A DNA stretch of 64,000 nt from Ignavibacteriota bacterium (GTDB lineage Bacteria; Bacteroidota; Ignavibacteria; UBA10030). The translations under genes were made by a program, and so were the position numbers. The notes beneath the pieces are model-generated. The model saw nothing but the letters and a program-made list of their open reading frames with translations. It was not told where the DNA came from and searched no databases. The stretch covers positions 64,001-128,000 of the forward strand of contig CAVSHO010000008.1 of the NCBI GenBank assembly GCA_963727825.1, in the 5' to 3' direction. The stretch's first letter is position 1, and each line of letters begins with the position of its first letter. Positions 33,863-44,235 of the stretch are shown one piece after another.

Positions 33863-34258
33863 TTGGCTAAACAAACAGCACCAGTTACTAAGAAAAAAAA
33901 GAAAGTGCATGTTGATGTAAACGGAAAAGCGTTCATCAAAGCGACTTTCAACAACACAATCGTTACACTGACGGATACATATGGCAATGTTATCGCCTGG
34001 TCAACGTCTGGCAAAAACGGATTCAAAGGATCACGGAAAAGCACTCCATTTGCTGCCCAAGTTGCCGCTGAAGCAGCTGCAAAAGAAGCGCGCGATCTTG
34101 GACTTCGCCGTGTTGAAGTATTTATTAAAGGACCGGGCGGCGGACGAGAAGCAGCTGTGCGCTCATTGCAAACCGCTGGGCTGGAAGTGACATTGATTCG
34201 TGACATTACGCCAATTCCGCACAATGGATGCCGTCCACCAAAACGTAGAAGAGTTTAA
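33863..34258 (+). CDS. rpsK: 30S ribosomal protein S11
   Basis: [24 protein letters not shown]. Confidence 0.99.
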   Translation: MAKQTAPVTKKKKKVHVDVNGKAFIKATFNNTIVTLTDTYGNVIAWSTSGKNGFKGSRKSTPFAAQVAAEAAAKEARDLGLRRVEVFIKGPGGGREAAVRSLQTAGLEVTLIRDITPIPHNGCRPPKRRRV

Positions 34259-34260
34259 AA

Positions 34261-34324
34261 CAATTGACGATTGTGTGATTTCCGATTTGATGATTGAATC
34301 GAAAATCGAAAATTGAAAATCGAA
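34261..34324. repeat. Heptad repeat / imperfect inverted repeat between rpsK and rpsD
   Basis: GATT-spaced left arm; AATCGAA AATCGAA AATTGAA AATCGAA right arm (34297-34324). Confidence 0.6.
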
Positions 34325-34341
34325 TATTATTTAGGAGAATT

Positions 34342-34971
34342 ATGGCAAGATACATTGATGCCAACTGCAAGCAGTGTCGTCGGGAAAAACAAAAATTGTT
34401 CCTAAAAGGAACAAAGTGCTTGACGGAAAAGTGTCCGCTTGAAAAGAGGAATTATGCACCGGGTCAGCATGGCCAATCTCGTCGATCGCGGATTTCTGAA
34501 TATGGCGTACAATTGCGTGAGAAACAGAAAGTGCGCCGGATGTATGGAATTCTGGAAGCGCAATTCCGAAATTATTTTCATCGGGCATCTCAGCAGTCAG
34601 GTCGTACCGGCGATGCTTTGGTGAAGATGCTAGAGCGCCGAATTGATAATGTCATTTATCGGTTAGGTTTTGCGCCATCGCGCAAAGCAGCGCGGCAACT
34701 AGTTGTCCATCGACATTTTATGGTGAACAATCAGATTGTTGACGTTCCGTCATATCTTATCAACCCTGGAGATGTCATTCAAGTACGGGATCATGCCAAG
34801 AAATTGGCTCTTATCCACGATGCTATGAAACGCGTGAAAGACACTTCGATGCTGCCATGGTTGAGTATTGATAAAGCGACTATGACCGGTACATTTTTGA
34901 ATATTCCGGAGCGAGCAGATATTCCATTGAATGCAAATGAACAATTGATTGTTGAGTTGTATTCAAAATAA
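34342..34971 (+). CDS. rpsD: 30S ribosomal protein S4 (zinc-binding type)
   Basis: CKQCRRE..KC..KC, LERRIDNVIYRLG; ATG 34342 after AGGAG. Confidence 0.99.
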   Translation: MARYIDANCKQCRREKQKLFLKGTKCLTEKCPLEKRNYAPGQHGQSRRSRISEYGVQLREKQKVRRMYGILEAQFRNYFHRASQQSGRTGDALVKMLERRIDNVIYRLGFAPSRKAARQLVVHRHFMVNNQIVDVPSYLINPGDVIQVRDHAKKLALIHDAMKRVKDTSMLPWLSIDKATMTGTFLNIPERADIPLNANEQLIVELYSK

Positions 34972-35038
34972 TTAAGAAAAATCTAACTATGAGACAGAAA
35001 CTTTTATCCGCCTCGATGAACTCGGGAAAAGGAACACT

Positions 35039-36022
35039 ATGAGTACCCTGCAAATGCCTGAAAGAGTCGAACTGGAACAGTCGACATATTCCGTTACCTC
35101 GGGAAGATTTACACTTCAGCCGTTGGAAAAAGGATTTGGAGTGACAATTGGAAATTCTATGCGCCGCGTATTATTGTCATCGTTACCGGGCACGGCGATT
35201 ACTGCAATTCGTGTAGAAGGAATTCACCACGAATTCTCTACAATTAAGGGAATGGTTGAAGATGTATCGGATTTTATTCTGAATCTGAAACAACTTCGAA
35301 TAAAACCGATTAACAAAAAAGCGACAAAAGTGATGATGCATGTGAAAGGTCCCGGTGAATTGAAAAGTGGTGACCTTCAAAAGTTTTCGTCAGAAATCGA
35401 AGTTTTGAATCCGGATTACCATCTGGCTTCTTTGAATAAAGATGCGGATTTCGAGATTGAATTACGGTTGGGTCGCGGAAAAGGGTATGTTCCTGCCGAA
35501 GAGAATAAATCGGTAGATCTACCGTTAGGAACAATCGCAATCGACTCGGTCTTTACACCTATAGTAAATATACGATATACGGTTGAGCCTACACGAGTTG
35601 GCGGGCAGACTGACTTTGAGAAGCTTATTCTTGATGTTGAAACCGATGGTTCAATAACTCCGGAAGAAGCGGTGACTTATGCGGCAAAAATATTACGAGA
35701 TCACTTGCAGCTCTTCATCAACTTTGGTATAGAACCGGAAGCAGAAAAAGCGGAAACAGAACAAGAAGCAGAAATTGGTAGAGTACGGAAAGTTTTAAAA
35801 ATGTCCGTTGATGAATTGGAATTATCAGTACGTTCGCACAATTGTTTACGTTCAGCCAATATCAAAACGTTAGCAGATTTAGTGCGGCGCAGCGAATCTG
35901 AGCTTTTAAAATTCCGCAATTTCGGACGCAAATCTTTAGCAGAACTTTCCGAGATAGTTGAACAGCATGGATTGATATTCGGAATGGATGTGGACAAGTA
36001 TTTGAAAGAAGGTAACGACTAG
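35039..36022 (+). CDS. rpoA: RNA polymerase alpha subunit
   Basis: PLEKGFGVTIGNSMRRVLLSS, LELSVRSHNCL. Confidence 0.99.
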   Translation: MSTLQMPERVELEQSTYSVTSGRFTLQPLEKGFGVTIGNSMRRVLLSSLPGTAITAIRVEGIHHEFSTIKGMVEDVSDFILNLKQLRIKPINKKATKVMMHVKGPGELKSGDLQKFSSEIEVLNPDYHLASLNKDADFEIELRLGRGKGYVPAEENKSVDLPLGTIAIDSVFTPIVNIRYTVEPTRVGGQTDFEKLILDVETDGSITPEEAVTYAAKILRDHLQLFINFGIEPEAEKAETEQEAEIGRVRKVLKMSVDELELSVRSHNCLRSANIKTLADLVRRSESELLKFRNFGRKSLAELSEIVEQHGLIFGMDVDKYLKEGND

Positions 36023-36043
36023 GTCGTAGAAGGAAAGTGGAGT

Positions 36044-36604
36044 ATGCGTCATCAGAACTCAGGACGAAAACTTAAACGGACAAGCAGCCATCGCAAAGCT
36101 ACACTTGCAGCATTGTGCACTGCTTTGATTGTCCACAAGAGAATTAAAACCACCGTTGCGAAAGCAAAGGAAACGAGAATGTTCGTGGAGAAAATTATCA
36201 CGCGGGCAAAGAACGCTGTTATTACGGAAACTGCACCTGATAAGAAAGATATTTCTGCGCGACGTGAAGTATTTGCGGCTCTAAGAAACAAAGAGGCAGT
36301 ATCTATATTGTTCAAGGACGTTGCACCAAAAGTTGCTACACGCACAGGTGGATACACACGGGTCGTTAAACTTGGCAGGCGATTAGGTGATGGTGCTGAG
36401 CTTGCAGTGTTAGAACTTGTCGATTTTAATGTTGGTCAGGAAAAATCAGCAGTAAAGGCGGCGAAAAAACCTGCTTCTCGTAAGAAGAGCGCGTCAAAAA
36501 CAAAGAAGAGAACAGATGCGACAACTGGCTCTGAAGTGACTGAGAAGGTGACAAAAAACGCACCGGAAACTAATGCGGGATCACCACCGGTTGTTGAGGA
36601 ATAA
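36044..36604 (+). CDS. rplQ: 50S ribosomal protein L17 with long C-terminal extension
   Basis: [27 protein letters not shown]. Confidence 0.98.
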   Translation: MRHQNSGRKLKRTSSHRKATLAALCTALIVHKRIKTTVAKAKETRMFVEKIITRAKNAVITETAPDKKDISARREVFAALRNKEAVSILFKDVAPKVATRTGGYTRVVKLGRRLGDGAELAVLELVDFNVGQEKSAVKAAKKPASRKKSASKTKKRTDATTGSEVTEKVTKNAPETNAGSPPVVEE

Positions 36605-36612
36605 TATGGGGA

Positions 36613-36652
36613 ACAAAAAAGGATAGCATATTGCTATCCTTTCTTGCTTTTG
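36613..36652 (+). terminator. Putative intrinsic terminator after rplQ
   Basis: AAGGATAGCA-TAT-TGCTATCCTT hairpin flanked by A- and T-rich tracts. Confidence 0.6.
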
Positions 36653-36669
36653 TTGTGTAGGAGAAAAGT

Positions 36670-37299
36670 ATGCTTAAGATTGCATCAGCAGAATTTTTAC
36701 AGGGCGTCATCGATCTTCGACAACTTCCGAAGAACGAATTACGCGAGATCGTGTACATTGGACGATCAAATGTTGGCAAGTCATCTTTGTTGAATAAAAT
36801 GTGCAACAAGAAGAACCTTGCACGCACTAGTAGTATTCCAGGAAAGACTCGCGAGATTAACTACTATATTATCAACAACGATTTCTATTTTGTTGATTTG
36901 CCGGGATATGGATACGCCAAAGTACCTGAGCAAATGCGCGCAGGTTGGAAGAAGTTGATTGAAGATTTCTTGAAGCGCGGTGAACCAGTTGTTTTAGCAA
37001 TGCAGTTGATCGATTCACGCCAAGAGCCAACGCCGTTAGACTTGATGATGATGGATTGGTTAGAGTATTATGAAGTACCTTATTTACTTGTTCTTACAAA
37101 AGCAGATAAGCTGCCGTTTAGTAAATTAGGGAAGCAAATTGAAATGTATAAAGAGCGTTTCCAAAACCAGTTAACAGGTGGATGTTGTCGCGGTATTGTG
37201 CCCTTTTCAATTGTAAGCGGTGATGGACGAACGGAGTTGCTAAAATATATTGATATGCATTTACAAACCTCACCTAAAAAGAAAAAAGTAGCTGTTTAG
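36670..37299 (+). CDS. engB: Ribosome biogenesis GTPase EngB/YihA/YsxC
   Basis: GRSNVGKSS, DLPGYGYAKV, TKADK. Confidence 0.97.
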   Translation: MLKIASAEFLQGVIDLRQLPKNELREIVYIGRSNVGKSSLLNKMCNKKNLARTSSIPGKTREINYYIINNDFYFVDLPGYGYAKVPEQMRAGWKKLIEDFLKRGEPVVLAMQLIDSRQEPTPLDLMMMDWLEYYEVPYLLVLTKADKLPFSKLGKQIEMYKERFQNQLTGGCCRGIVPFSIVSGDGRTELLKYIDMHLQTSPKKKKVAV

Positions 37300-37327
37300 C
37301 TGCTTTATAATACTTCATTTTTCAGAC

Positions 37328-37360
37328 GACCTCGGCCTAAACAGCCGCGGTCTTTTTTTC
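37328..37360 (+). terminator. Intrinsic terminator after engB
   Basis: GACCTCGGC-ctaaaca-GCCGCGGTC followed by a T7 run. Confidence 0.7.
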
Positions 37361-37546
37361 TCTGCCGGGTAGTAAAATATCTCTCTTATTGTTCCCCGGG
37401 TCTAATACCCTATTGTTCGCATTATTATTATCGTCCTGATATAATCGGGGGGGAATGCAGAGCGATTGCCCCCCGCTATCTTTATTTACGCAATAATTCT
37501 TCATCAAATTGAGTATATAAAATTATTAACATTTATGAAAAAGAGC

Positions 37547-37575
37547 TTGACAAACAATGCAACAAGATATATATT
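37547..37575 (+). promoter_or_regulatory. Sigma70-type promoter of the TBDR cassette
   Basis: TTGACA-N17-TATATT. Confidence 0.7.
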
Positions 37576-37777
37576 CTGTAAACCAATCAATCGCACACAT
37601 TTAAGAAGGAGGTGAAGCGATTCCTTGTGAGTATTTATATGTATCACAAGGATATACCTAATCAGTTTTGCGAACAATTTTCTTTCCAAGCTCGTTGAAT
37701 TTGTTGTCTCATTCGGGCCATTTATTAAAACCCCTTAGTTCTAAACTTAACTCTCCATATATAAAGGAGGTTTTTGT

Positions 37778-40700
37778 ATGCAACAAAAATACTGGTTAAC
37801 CCTACTCCTGTTATTGCTAGTGCCAGGAGTTATGTTTGCGCAATCTGGTAAAATCCGAGGAACGGTTGTAGATTCAAAGACAAAAGAACCGCTGGTCGGT
37901 GCGAATGTCGTGCTTGAAGGTACGAGCTACGGAAGTTCAACTGATATTCAAGGTAAGTATACTATTTTGAATGTTCCGGTAGCCACGTATTCCATTAAAG
38001 CAACATATATTGGATACCGGCAGATGACGATATCTAATGTCCGTGTAAACTCTGATTTAACAACCGAAGCTAATTTCCCTCTGCCATCGGAAGATGTGCA
38101 GGTCGAAGCGGTGGAGATCGTTGCAGAGCGACCGTTGATAACTAAATCTTCGACGAATGCAGTTAGTATCTTGGATAATGTAAATATTGAACAGCTGCCT
38201 GTTCGTAATCTTACCTCAGTGTTTTCGTTACAAGCTGGTGTAGTTCAACGAGGTTTAGATGCGAATGGAAATGCGAATCTCTATATTCGAGGTAGCCGTG
38301 CAGATGAATCGGGATTTCAAATTGATGGGATGTCTGTCAACAATGTCTATGCAGGTGGCCGTGCAGTTGCAGTTAACAATGAGGCAGTTGAACAGGTTCA
38401 AGTACAAGAAGGCGGTTATTCTTCCGAATTTGGCGGCGCAAATGGTGGACTTATCAACATGCAGTTAAAGACCGGCCAAGAACATTTACGAGCAACTTTG
38501 CAAGCAGAGACCGATAATTATACATCTCAAGGGCAAAAATCCCTTGGAGGATATTCCTATGGGTATTCTGATTATGTGGGAACAGTAGGCGGGCCGATTG
38601 GGAGCGAGAAGATTCGTTTCTTTGCAAGTATTGAAAACCAATTTTATCGGGATCCGAATACACGCTATTGGGATGGCTATAATTTCACAGGAAACAACGC
38701 TGTCGTTACTTCGGCAGCCGACGCTGAAACGCACCCAGGAACTATACAATCCGATACGTTGAATTTAGCATATCAAGCCGGTAATATGCTTGGTGGCCAG
38801 CAAAATGATTATACTTATACAGGAACTCTTTTATTTGATCTTGGTGAATATCAAATACGGGGATCAGGCTCCTATCATACACGTGATGCAAGAACTTCTG
38901 CTGGTTTTGGTAATATATTAAATTTAAGTCGATTACCTCTTATACAAAATTATGATGGATTTAGCAATATTAAAGCGACAGCATTTCTTACACCCAAAAC
39001 ATATGTCGAAGCTAATTTTAATTATATGGCTTCAGACGCAAAGACTATGGATCCGTATTTTAAGGATAACTTTAGTCTATATGCCGATTCTGCAGCTAAC
39101 GCTCCACTAGGGTATATATTTGGCTATTCTGGTCAACCCTATTTACCATGGAAAATCGGCGGTGGTGGACAAGCCTCAGATGCTCTTGTAAATCAACCCG
39201 GTACTCCTACTACAGGGTATACAAACCAATCACAACAATCGGTAGGCGGACGCCTTGATTTCTTTTCGCAAGCCGGTAATCATGCTGTGAAAGTGGGCGG
39301 CGAATATACACGTTATACGATCAGGCGCTATGCCATCAGCGGCGGTGATGCAAATAACAGAGCAGGCATCAACGATATTCATTCGCAAGGATATTTGTCT
39401 GACACATCAGACATCGAACGGCAAGCCTTTTTAATGGCATCAGGGACAGTCAATAATTTTGGATATGATGCCCTTGGCAATTCTATCGATGGTAATCAGT
39501 ATGTCAACGGCAATCTGTTCAACTTAGGCCCTCGACATCCGCAATTTGGTGGCGCCTATATTCAAGATAAAATTGAATTATCTGATATTGTGTTAAATAT
39601 TGGCGTACGGTACGATTATATTAATACCGATAATATAAAATATAAAGATCCCACGAATCTGCATGTTATAAGTTCGTTGGGTATTGTTTCCAGCGCTGAT
39701 ATCGAGAACGCACCTGTGGCGCAGCAGATCAGTCCTCGTTTGGGATTTGGTTTTCCCGTAACGGATAAAACAATGTTCCATGCACAATATGGAAAATTCA
39801 TTCAACAATCAGAATTATCAGATACTTATGCTGGGTTGGGATTGGCGACGTATTATATATCCGGAGGTAACTTTATCCAGTTCCCATTAGGATATGGTCT
39901 GAAACCGGAACGTTCAACGCAATACGAAGCTGGATTTTCTCAACAGATCGCTGATAACGCTTCATTTGATATAACGTTTTTCTATAAAGATGTGCAGGAT
40001 GCAATTCAATACGCCAACATATATCCGGCTGCAGGTGCTACGATAAAATCGTATCCTGCATATATCAATGGAGATTTTTCTACATCGAAGGGATTGGAGT
40101 TTAAATTCACAATGCGTAGAACGAAACGTGTTCAATTGCAGATGAATTACACTTATACAAATGGACAAGGAACTGGTTCTAACTCAAGCGACTTAGCCGG
40201 TGCGGCATATAATGGTTATGTTCCTAAAATGATTTTCCCGTTCTCTTATAACCAAGCGCACACAGGGAATGTATCATTGGATTATCGCTTCGGTCAAAAC
40301 GATGGCGGCCCAATTCTGCAACGACTTGGATTGAATCTCCTATTCACTTTTGGCAGCGGATATAATTTTACACAGGAAAATGTCTCGGGGAATTTATATA
40401 GCGGAGCAGAAACAGACGTACGTAATCGAATTCCCGTTGAAAACATTGGAGGCTCTACAACGCCAGCAACGTACGAATTGGATCTCCGCATTGATAAAAC
40501 CGTATCAATTGGTTTTACAGATGTAAATTTCTATATATCTGTTCTTAATTTACTTAATACACAAAATGTTGTTTCAGTCTTTGCTCGAACCGGTGATCCC
40601 GCAGACGATGGTTGGTTAGCTTCGGCTTCCGGCATACAAGAAGCGAGTGGTGCGACGAACCCTGCACAATATGCTGCCATTTATCAAGCACGATATTTGG

Positions 40701-40789
40701 GGAATAATGTTACTACGGGTAATGGTAGCTTTGGAAGTAATTATGGCGCTCCTCGTCAAATCCATTTTGGTATGAAACTTGAATTCTAA
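37778..40789 (+). CDS. TonB-dependent receptor with N-terminal carboxypeptidase-regulatory-like domain
   Basis: Signal peptide; GKIRGTVVDSKTKEPLVGANV; plug LYIRGSR..FQIDGM; C-terminal PRQIHFGMKLEF beta-signal. Confidence 0.9.
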   Translation: MQQKYWLTLLLLLLVPGVMFAQSGKIRGTVVDSKTKEPLVGANVVLEGTSYGSSTDIQGKYTILNVPVATYSIKATYIGYRQMTISNVRVNSDLTTEANFPLPSEDVQVEAVEIVAERPLITKSSTNAVSILDNVNIEQLPVRNLTSVFSLQAGVVQRGLDANGNANLYIRGSRADESGFQIDGMSVNNVYAGGRAVAVNNEAVEQVQVQEGGYSSEFGGANGGLINMQLKTGQEHLRATLQAETDNYTSQGQKSLGGYSYGYSDYVGTVGGPIGSEKIRFFASIENQFYRDPNTRYWDGYNFTGNNAVVTSAADAETHPGTIQSDTLNLAYQAGNMLGGQQNDYTYTGTLLFDLGEYQIRGSGSYHTRDARTSAGFGNILNLSRLPLIQNYDGFSNIKATAFLTPKTYVEANFNYMASDAKTMDPYFKDNFSLYADSAANAPLGYIFGYSGQPYLPWKIGGGGQASDALVNQPGTPTTGYTNQSQQSVGGRLDFFSQAGNHAVKVGGEYTRYTIRRYAISGGDANNRAGINDIHSQGYLSDTSDIERQAFLMASGTVNNFGYDALGNSIDGNQYVNGNLFNLGPRHPQFGGAYIQDKIELSDIVLNIGVRYDYINTDNIKYKDPTNLHVISSLGIVSSADIENAPVAQQISPRLGFGFPVTDKTMFHAQYGKFIQQSELSDTYAGLGLATYYISGGNFIQFPLGYGLKPERSTQYEAGFSQQIADNASFDITFFYKDVQDAIQYANIYPAAGATIKSYPAYINGDFSTSKGLEFKFTMRRTKRVQLQMNYTYTNGQGTGSNSSDLAGAAYNGYVPKMIFPFSYNQAHTGNVSLDYRFGQNDGGPILQRLGLNLLFTFGSGYNFTQENVSGNLYSGAETDVRNRIPVENIGGSTTPATYELDLRIDKTVSIGFTDVNFYISVLNLLNTQNVVSVFARTGDPADDGWLASASGIQEASGATNPAQYAAIYQARYLGNNVTTGNGSFGSNYGAPRQIHFGMKLEF

Positions 40790-40816
40790 ATAATGAAAAC
40801 ATTTAGGAGTAAGACT

Positions 40817-43800
40817 ATGATAGTATCACGAATATTGAAAGTGTCTTTCCTTATTCTTTTCATGACAGGATTGGTAATTATGCCGATCTCGGCAAAAAAC
40901 AAAGACAACACACCTGTGAAAGGTTTGAGAAAGACAGCAACGAACGATGTTTATCATCCAATGTTGATTAATAATATTTTTAATTATTACTCTAACAACG
41001 GCGATGGCTCGTTCAATAACTTCAGCTCTACCAGTGAAGGATTTGAATTTCCCAAGGGAGATAATTTGGCAACCTGTATCTTTGAAGATGGCATTGTCTG
41101 GGGTTGCCACCAAGGCGGACAACTAAAGGTTGGAGGTTCAACTTATTGGCATGGGCTACAAGCTGGACCGATTATTACGCCTGGTACAGCAACAACAGAT
41201 CCTGTTGCGGATGATCCTTCAAATCCAGCAAATAGGTTATTCCGGGTTCGTCCTGATTTAAAACCAATTTCGGGTGTTACTGACCCGGATGATCCAGCAG
41301 CAGCCGGCGAATTAGCGATTGTTCAAAATTCAGAGGTTCCTTTAATTGGACGGTACGAATCAGGAATTAAAGCAGAAGCTATATTGGCACAATACTGGGC
41401 AGATTGGAATGAATGGCCTGCAGCATTAGGCGCTCCCTTTATTGATGTGAAGGGCAATGGCGTGTACGACCCAACGGTTGACATTCCCGGTGTTCCACAA
41501 GCAGATCAAACTATGTGGTATGTAGCCAATGATCTTGATAAGGTGAGGGTCAATACTTTGGCCGGTTCTACGCCCATCGGTCTTGAAATGCAGAAAACAA
41601 TTTGGGCATATAACCTTAATGGAGCATTAGCGAATACAATTTTTGCAAGCACTAAGATAATTAATAAAAGCGGCAAAGAATTAGATTCTATGTATGTCGC
41701 CCAGTGGACTGATCCTGATCTTGGTGATGCAAACGATGATTTTGCTGGATGCGATACAATAAGAAGTTTAGGATACATTTATAATGGAGAAGCCACAGAT
41801 GCCAATTTTGCTGCATATAACCTTGTAGTTCCAGCTGCCGGTTTTGACTTTTTCCAGGGACCAATAGTGCAGGGGGCAGCAACGGATACTGCAATTTTTG
41901 ACTTGAAGTACCGTCCTGGTTTCAAAAATCTTCCTATGACGGCATTTAATTACTTTATTAATGGTAATGCAACCTATGCTGATCCGGCTAATGCATCGTA
42001 CAGTGGAACAATCTCATGGTACAACCTCCTCCGAGGTTTAGTTGGGACGACAGGTGCACAATATATTAATCCGATCACAAAATTACCAACACCCTTTGTA
42101 TTGAGTGGAGATCCGGTTGCAGGTACAGGCTGGATAGATGAAAATATGGGTGATCGTCGAGAATGCCTATGCAGTGGTCCATTTAAGATGGTTCCGGGTG
42201 TCAGTGATACACAAGAAGTTGTTGTTGCAAACATTGCAGCCCGCGGAGCGGATTATCTCTCCAGCGTGACGCAATTAAAAGCTGCAGATGATTTTGCTCA
42301 AAATATTTATAATCGTTTATTTAGTTTTCCTACTGCACCAGCACAGCCCAAATTACAAATTGTGGCATTGGATGGAAAGGTTGTCTTAAATTGGGGCGAT
42401 CCTGTAGCTGCAACAGCAACGGAGAGCCAAAATGCAAATGGCTATACGTTTGAAGGGTATAACATATGGCAATGTCCGACGAACTCATCTGGTGGTGCAA
42501 AATTACTTGCGACATACGACGTTGTTGATTCTGTTGCGGTAATTTGGGATAATGTGTATGATCCTGCTTTAGGCGCAAAAATTTATAAACCAGTCCAGTT
42601 TGGTACAAACTCTGGACTTGTTCGAACATACCAAATTACGAAAGATGCGGTCAAAGGCGGTGGATTAATAAACGACCGCAATTACTATTTTGCTGTAACA
42701 GCGTATAATTTTAATCCTACACCTACGCTGTTAGGAGCAAGTCTTGAAAATGCCATAACCCCTGTAACAGTAGTACCACAAGCAACATTACCGGGAGTAG
42801 TTTACACTCAAAAATATGGTGATACGCTGGTTGTGGCTCACGGCAGCGGTGTCAGCGATGGCACTGTGTTAGTAACTGTAATTGATCCCAGTGCATTGAC
42901 AGGCGATAACTATAAGGTGACATTTGATGCATCGGGCTTGTGGTCATTGATCGATGTGACGAAAGGCACTACGTTGCTGACTAAGCAAGCACAAAGTGCT
43001 ACTGGTTCAGTACCCGGCGGTTTTGTAGTTGATGGAATGCAGGTCACAGCTTTTGGGCCACCTCCAGGTATGAAAGAATTTCTAATACCTTCAGGTACCC
43101 GACGGTTTTCTCCTGTTGGAGGATATACAGGGCTTGGACTTGAGGGCTTCAGCAGTGCTGGTGATCCGACTGCATACGACCCGACAGCTGGTACTATTGG
43201 TATGGCTGGCAGTTTTCTCTTCGGAGGAATTGGCACTACTTTAACTACATCACAATATCATACGGTTCTGCTAAAAATGGCACCGGTTCCTGATCCCGTA
43301 ACTCTCTGGGATCCTAAGGCAACACCAACGGATGCGAATTATTCAAAAGCATATCGCTATTTACGCCATGCTGCTACTTCTTATGGGGTTGCAGATCCTT
43401 CGTTTGCTCCCTGGATTATCAATACAGTGGGTACATATCCTTATCAGGATTTCAATTATGCTGTTCCATTCTCTGCGTGGGATATGGATGTTACTCCACC
43501 TATGCGGCTTGCGGTTGGTTGCTTTGAGAACAACGCAACAGGTGCTTCAGTCGATGGCCGGTATTGGCCGCCACTGACGACTGGCGACAATACGGTGAAT
43601 CGTGAATTCTGCTTTATTTGGAGCAAGCCCTATTCAACTACACCGGATCCGACATTACAGATCGATATATATGCGAATACATCGACGCCAATGATGTGGA
43701 TAATGACATGTAATCGACGGAACGATCCACCGTACTTAAGCGGTGATGCAGCAAATGGAGATCAATTTGAAATCGTTGCAAATCATCCCAACGTTGCTGC

Positions 43801-44179
43801 CGATGTATTTACGTTTACATCTGTCGCTGGCGCAGTTAGTAGCTCGCAGGCGCTATCTGATGTAGCGAAGATTAATGTCTTTCCCAATCCGTACCTTGGC
43901 TTTAATAAATTAGAGCCTTCGAATTATGTAAGGTTTGTTACCTTTACGCACTTACCTCAAAAGGCTACAATCCGAATTTATAATCTCGCAGGTATTCTTG
44001 TTCGTACCATTGTGAAAAATGATAAAGGCCAATTAACAACATGGGATTTACAGAACGAATCAGGATTCCCTGTTGCATCGGGTATGTATGTCGCATATAT
44101 TGACCTGCCTGATATTGGTACAACAAAGACTCTAAAACTTGGTATTATTCAAGAACAAGAATTCTTGCATCACTTTTAA
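40817..44179 (+). CDS. Large secreted protein with type-A T9SS C-terminal sorting (FlgD-Ig-like) domain
   Basis: Signal peptide; DVKGNGVYD Ca-binding-like loop; FN3-like segment (FEGYNIW..YYFAVTAY); CTD INVFPNPY...IRIYNLAGILVRTI..WDLQN..VASGMY. ATG 40817 follows AGGAG. Confidence 0.82.
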   Translation: MIVSRILKVSFLILFMTGLVIMPISAKNKDNTPVKGLRKTATNDVYHPMLINNIFNYYSNNGDGSFNNFSSTSEGFEFPKGDNLATCIFEDGIVWGCHQGGQLKVGGSTYWHGLQAGPIITPGTATTDPVADDPSNPANRLFRVRPDLKPISGVTDPDDPAAAGELAIVQNSEVPLIGRYESGIKAEAILAQYWADWNEWPAALGAPFIDVKGNGVYDPTVDIPGVPQADQTMWYVANDLDKVRVNTLAGSTPIGLEMQKTIWAYNLNGALANTIFASTKIINKSGKELDSMYVAQWTDPDLGDANDDFAGCDTIRSLGYIYNGEATDANFAAYNLVVPAAGFDFFQGPIVQGAATDTAIFDLKYRPGFKNLPMTAFNYFINGNATYADPANASYSGTISWYNLLRGLVGTTGAQYINPITKLPTPFVLSGDPVAGTGWIDENMGDRRECLCSGPFKMVPGVSDTQEVVVANIAARGADYLSSVTQLKAADDFAQNIYNRLFSFPTAPAQPKLQIVALDGKVVLNWGDPVAATATESQNANGYTFEGYNIWQCPTNSSGGAKLLATYDVVDSVAVIWDNVYDPALGAKIYKPVQFGTNSGLVRTYQITKDAVKGGGLINDRNYYFAVTAYNFNPTPTLLGASLENAITPVTVVPQATLPGVVYTQKYGDTLVVAHGSGVSDGTVLVTVIDPSALTGDNYKVTFDASGLWSLIDVTKGTTLLTKQAQSATGSVPGGFVVDGMQVTAFGPPPGMKEFLIPSGTRRFSPVGGYTGLGLEGFSSAGDPTAYDPTAGTIGMAGSFLFGGIGTTLTTSQYHTVLLKMAPVPDPVTLWDPKATPTDANYSKAYRYLRHAATSYGVADPSFAPWIINTVGTYPYQDFNYAVPFSAWDMDVTPPMRLAVGCFENNATGASVDGRYWPPLTTGDNTVNREFCFIWSKPYSTTPDPTLQIDIYANTSTPMMWIMTCNRRNDPPYLSGDAANGDQFEIVANHPNVAADVFTFTSVAGAVSSSQALSDVAKINVFPNPYLGFNKLEPSNYVRFVTFTHLPQKATIRIYNLAGILVRTIVKNDKGQLTTWDLQNESGFPVASGMYVAYIDLPDIGTTKTLKLGIIQEQEFLHHF

Positions 44180-44235
44180 TTATTGCTTAATTGAATAAGA
44201 TGATTACAAAAATGAAAATTAAAAGGAGATTCTTA

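Noticed and set aside
37778-40789. SusC of a classical polysaccharide utilisation locus
   Set aside because: No SusD lipoprotein, recognisable CAZyme or SusC signature motifs nearby.
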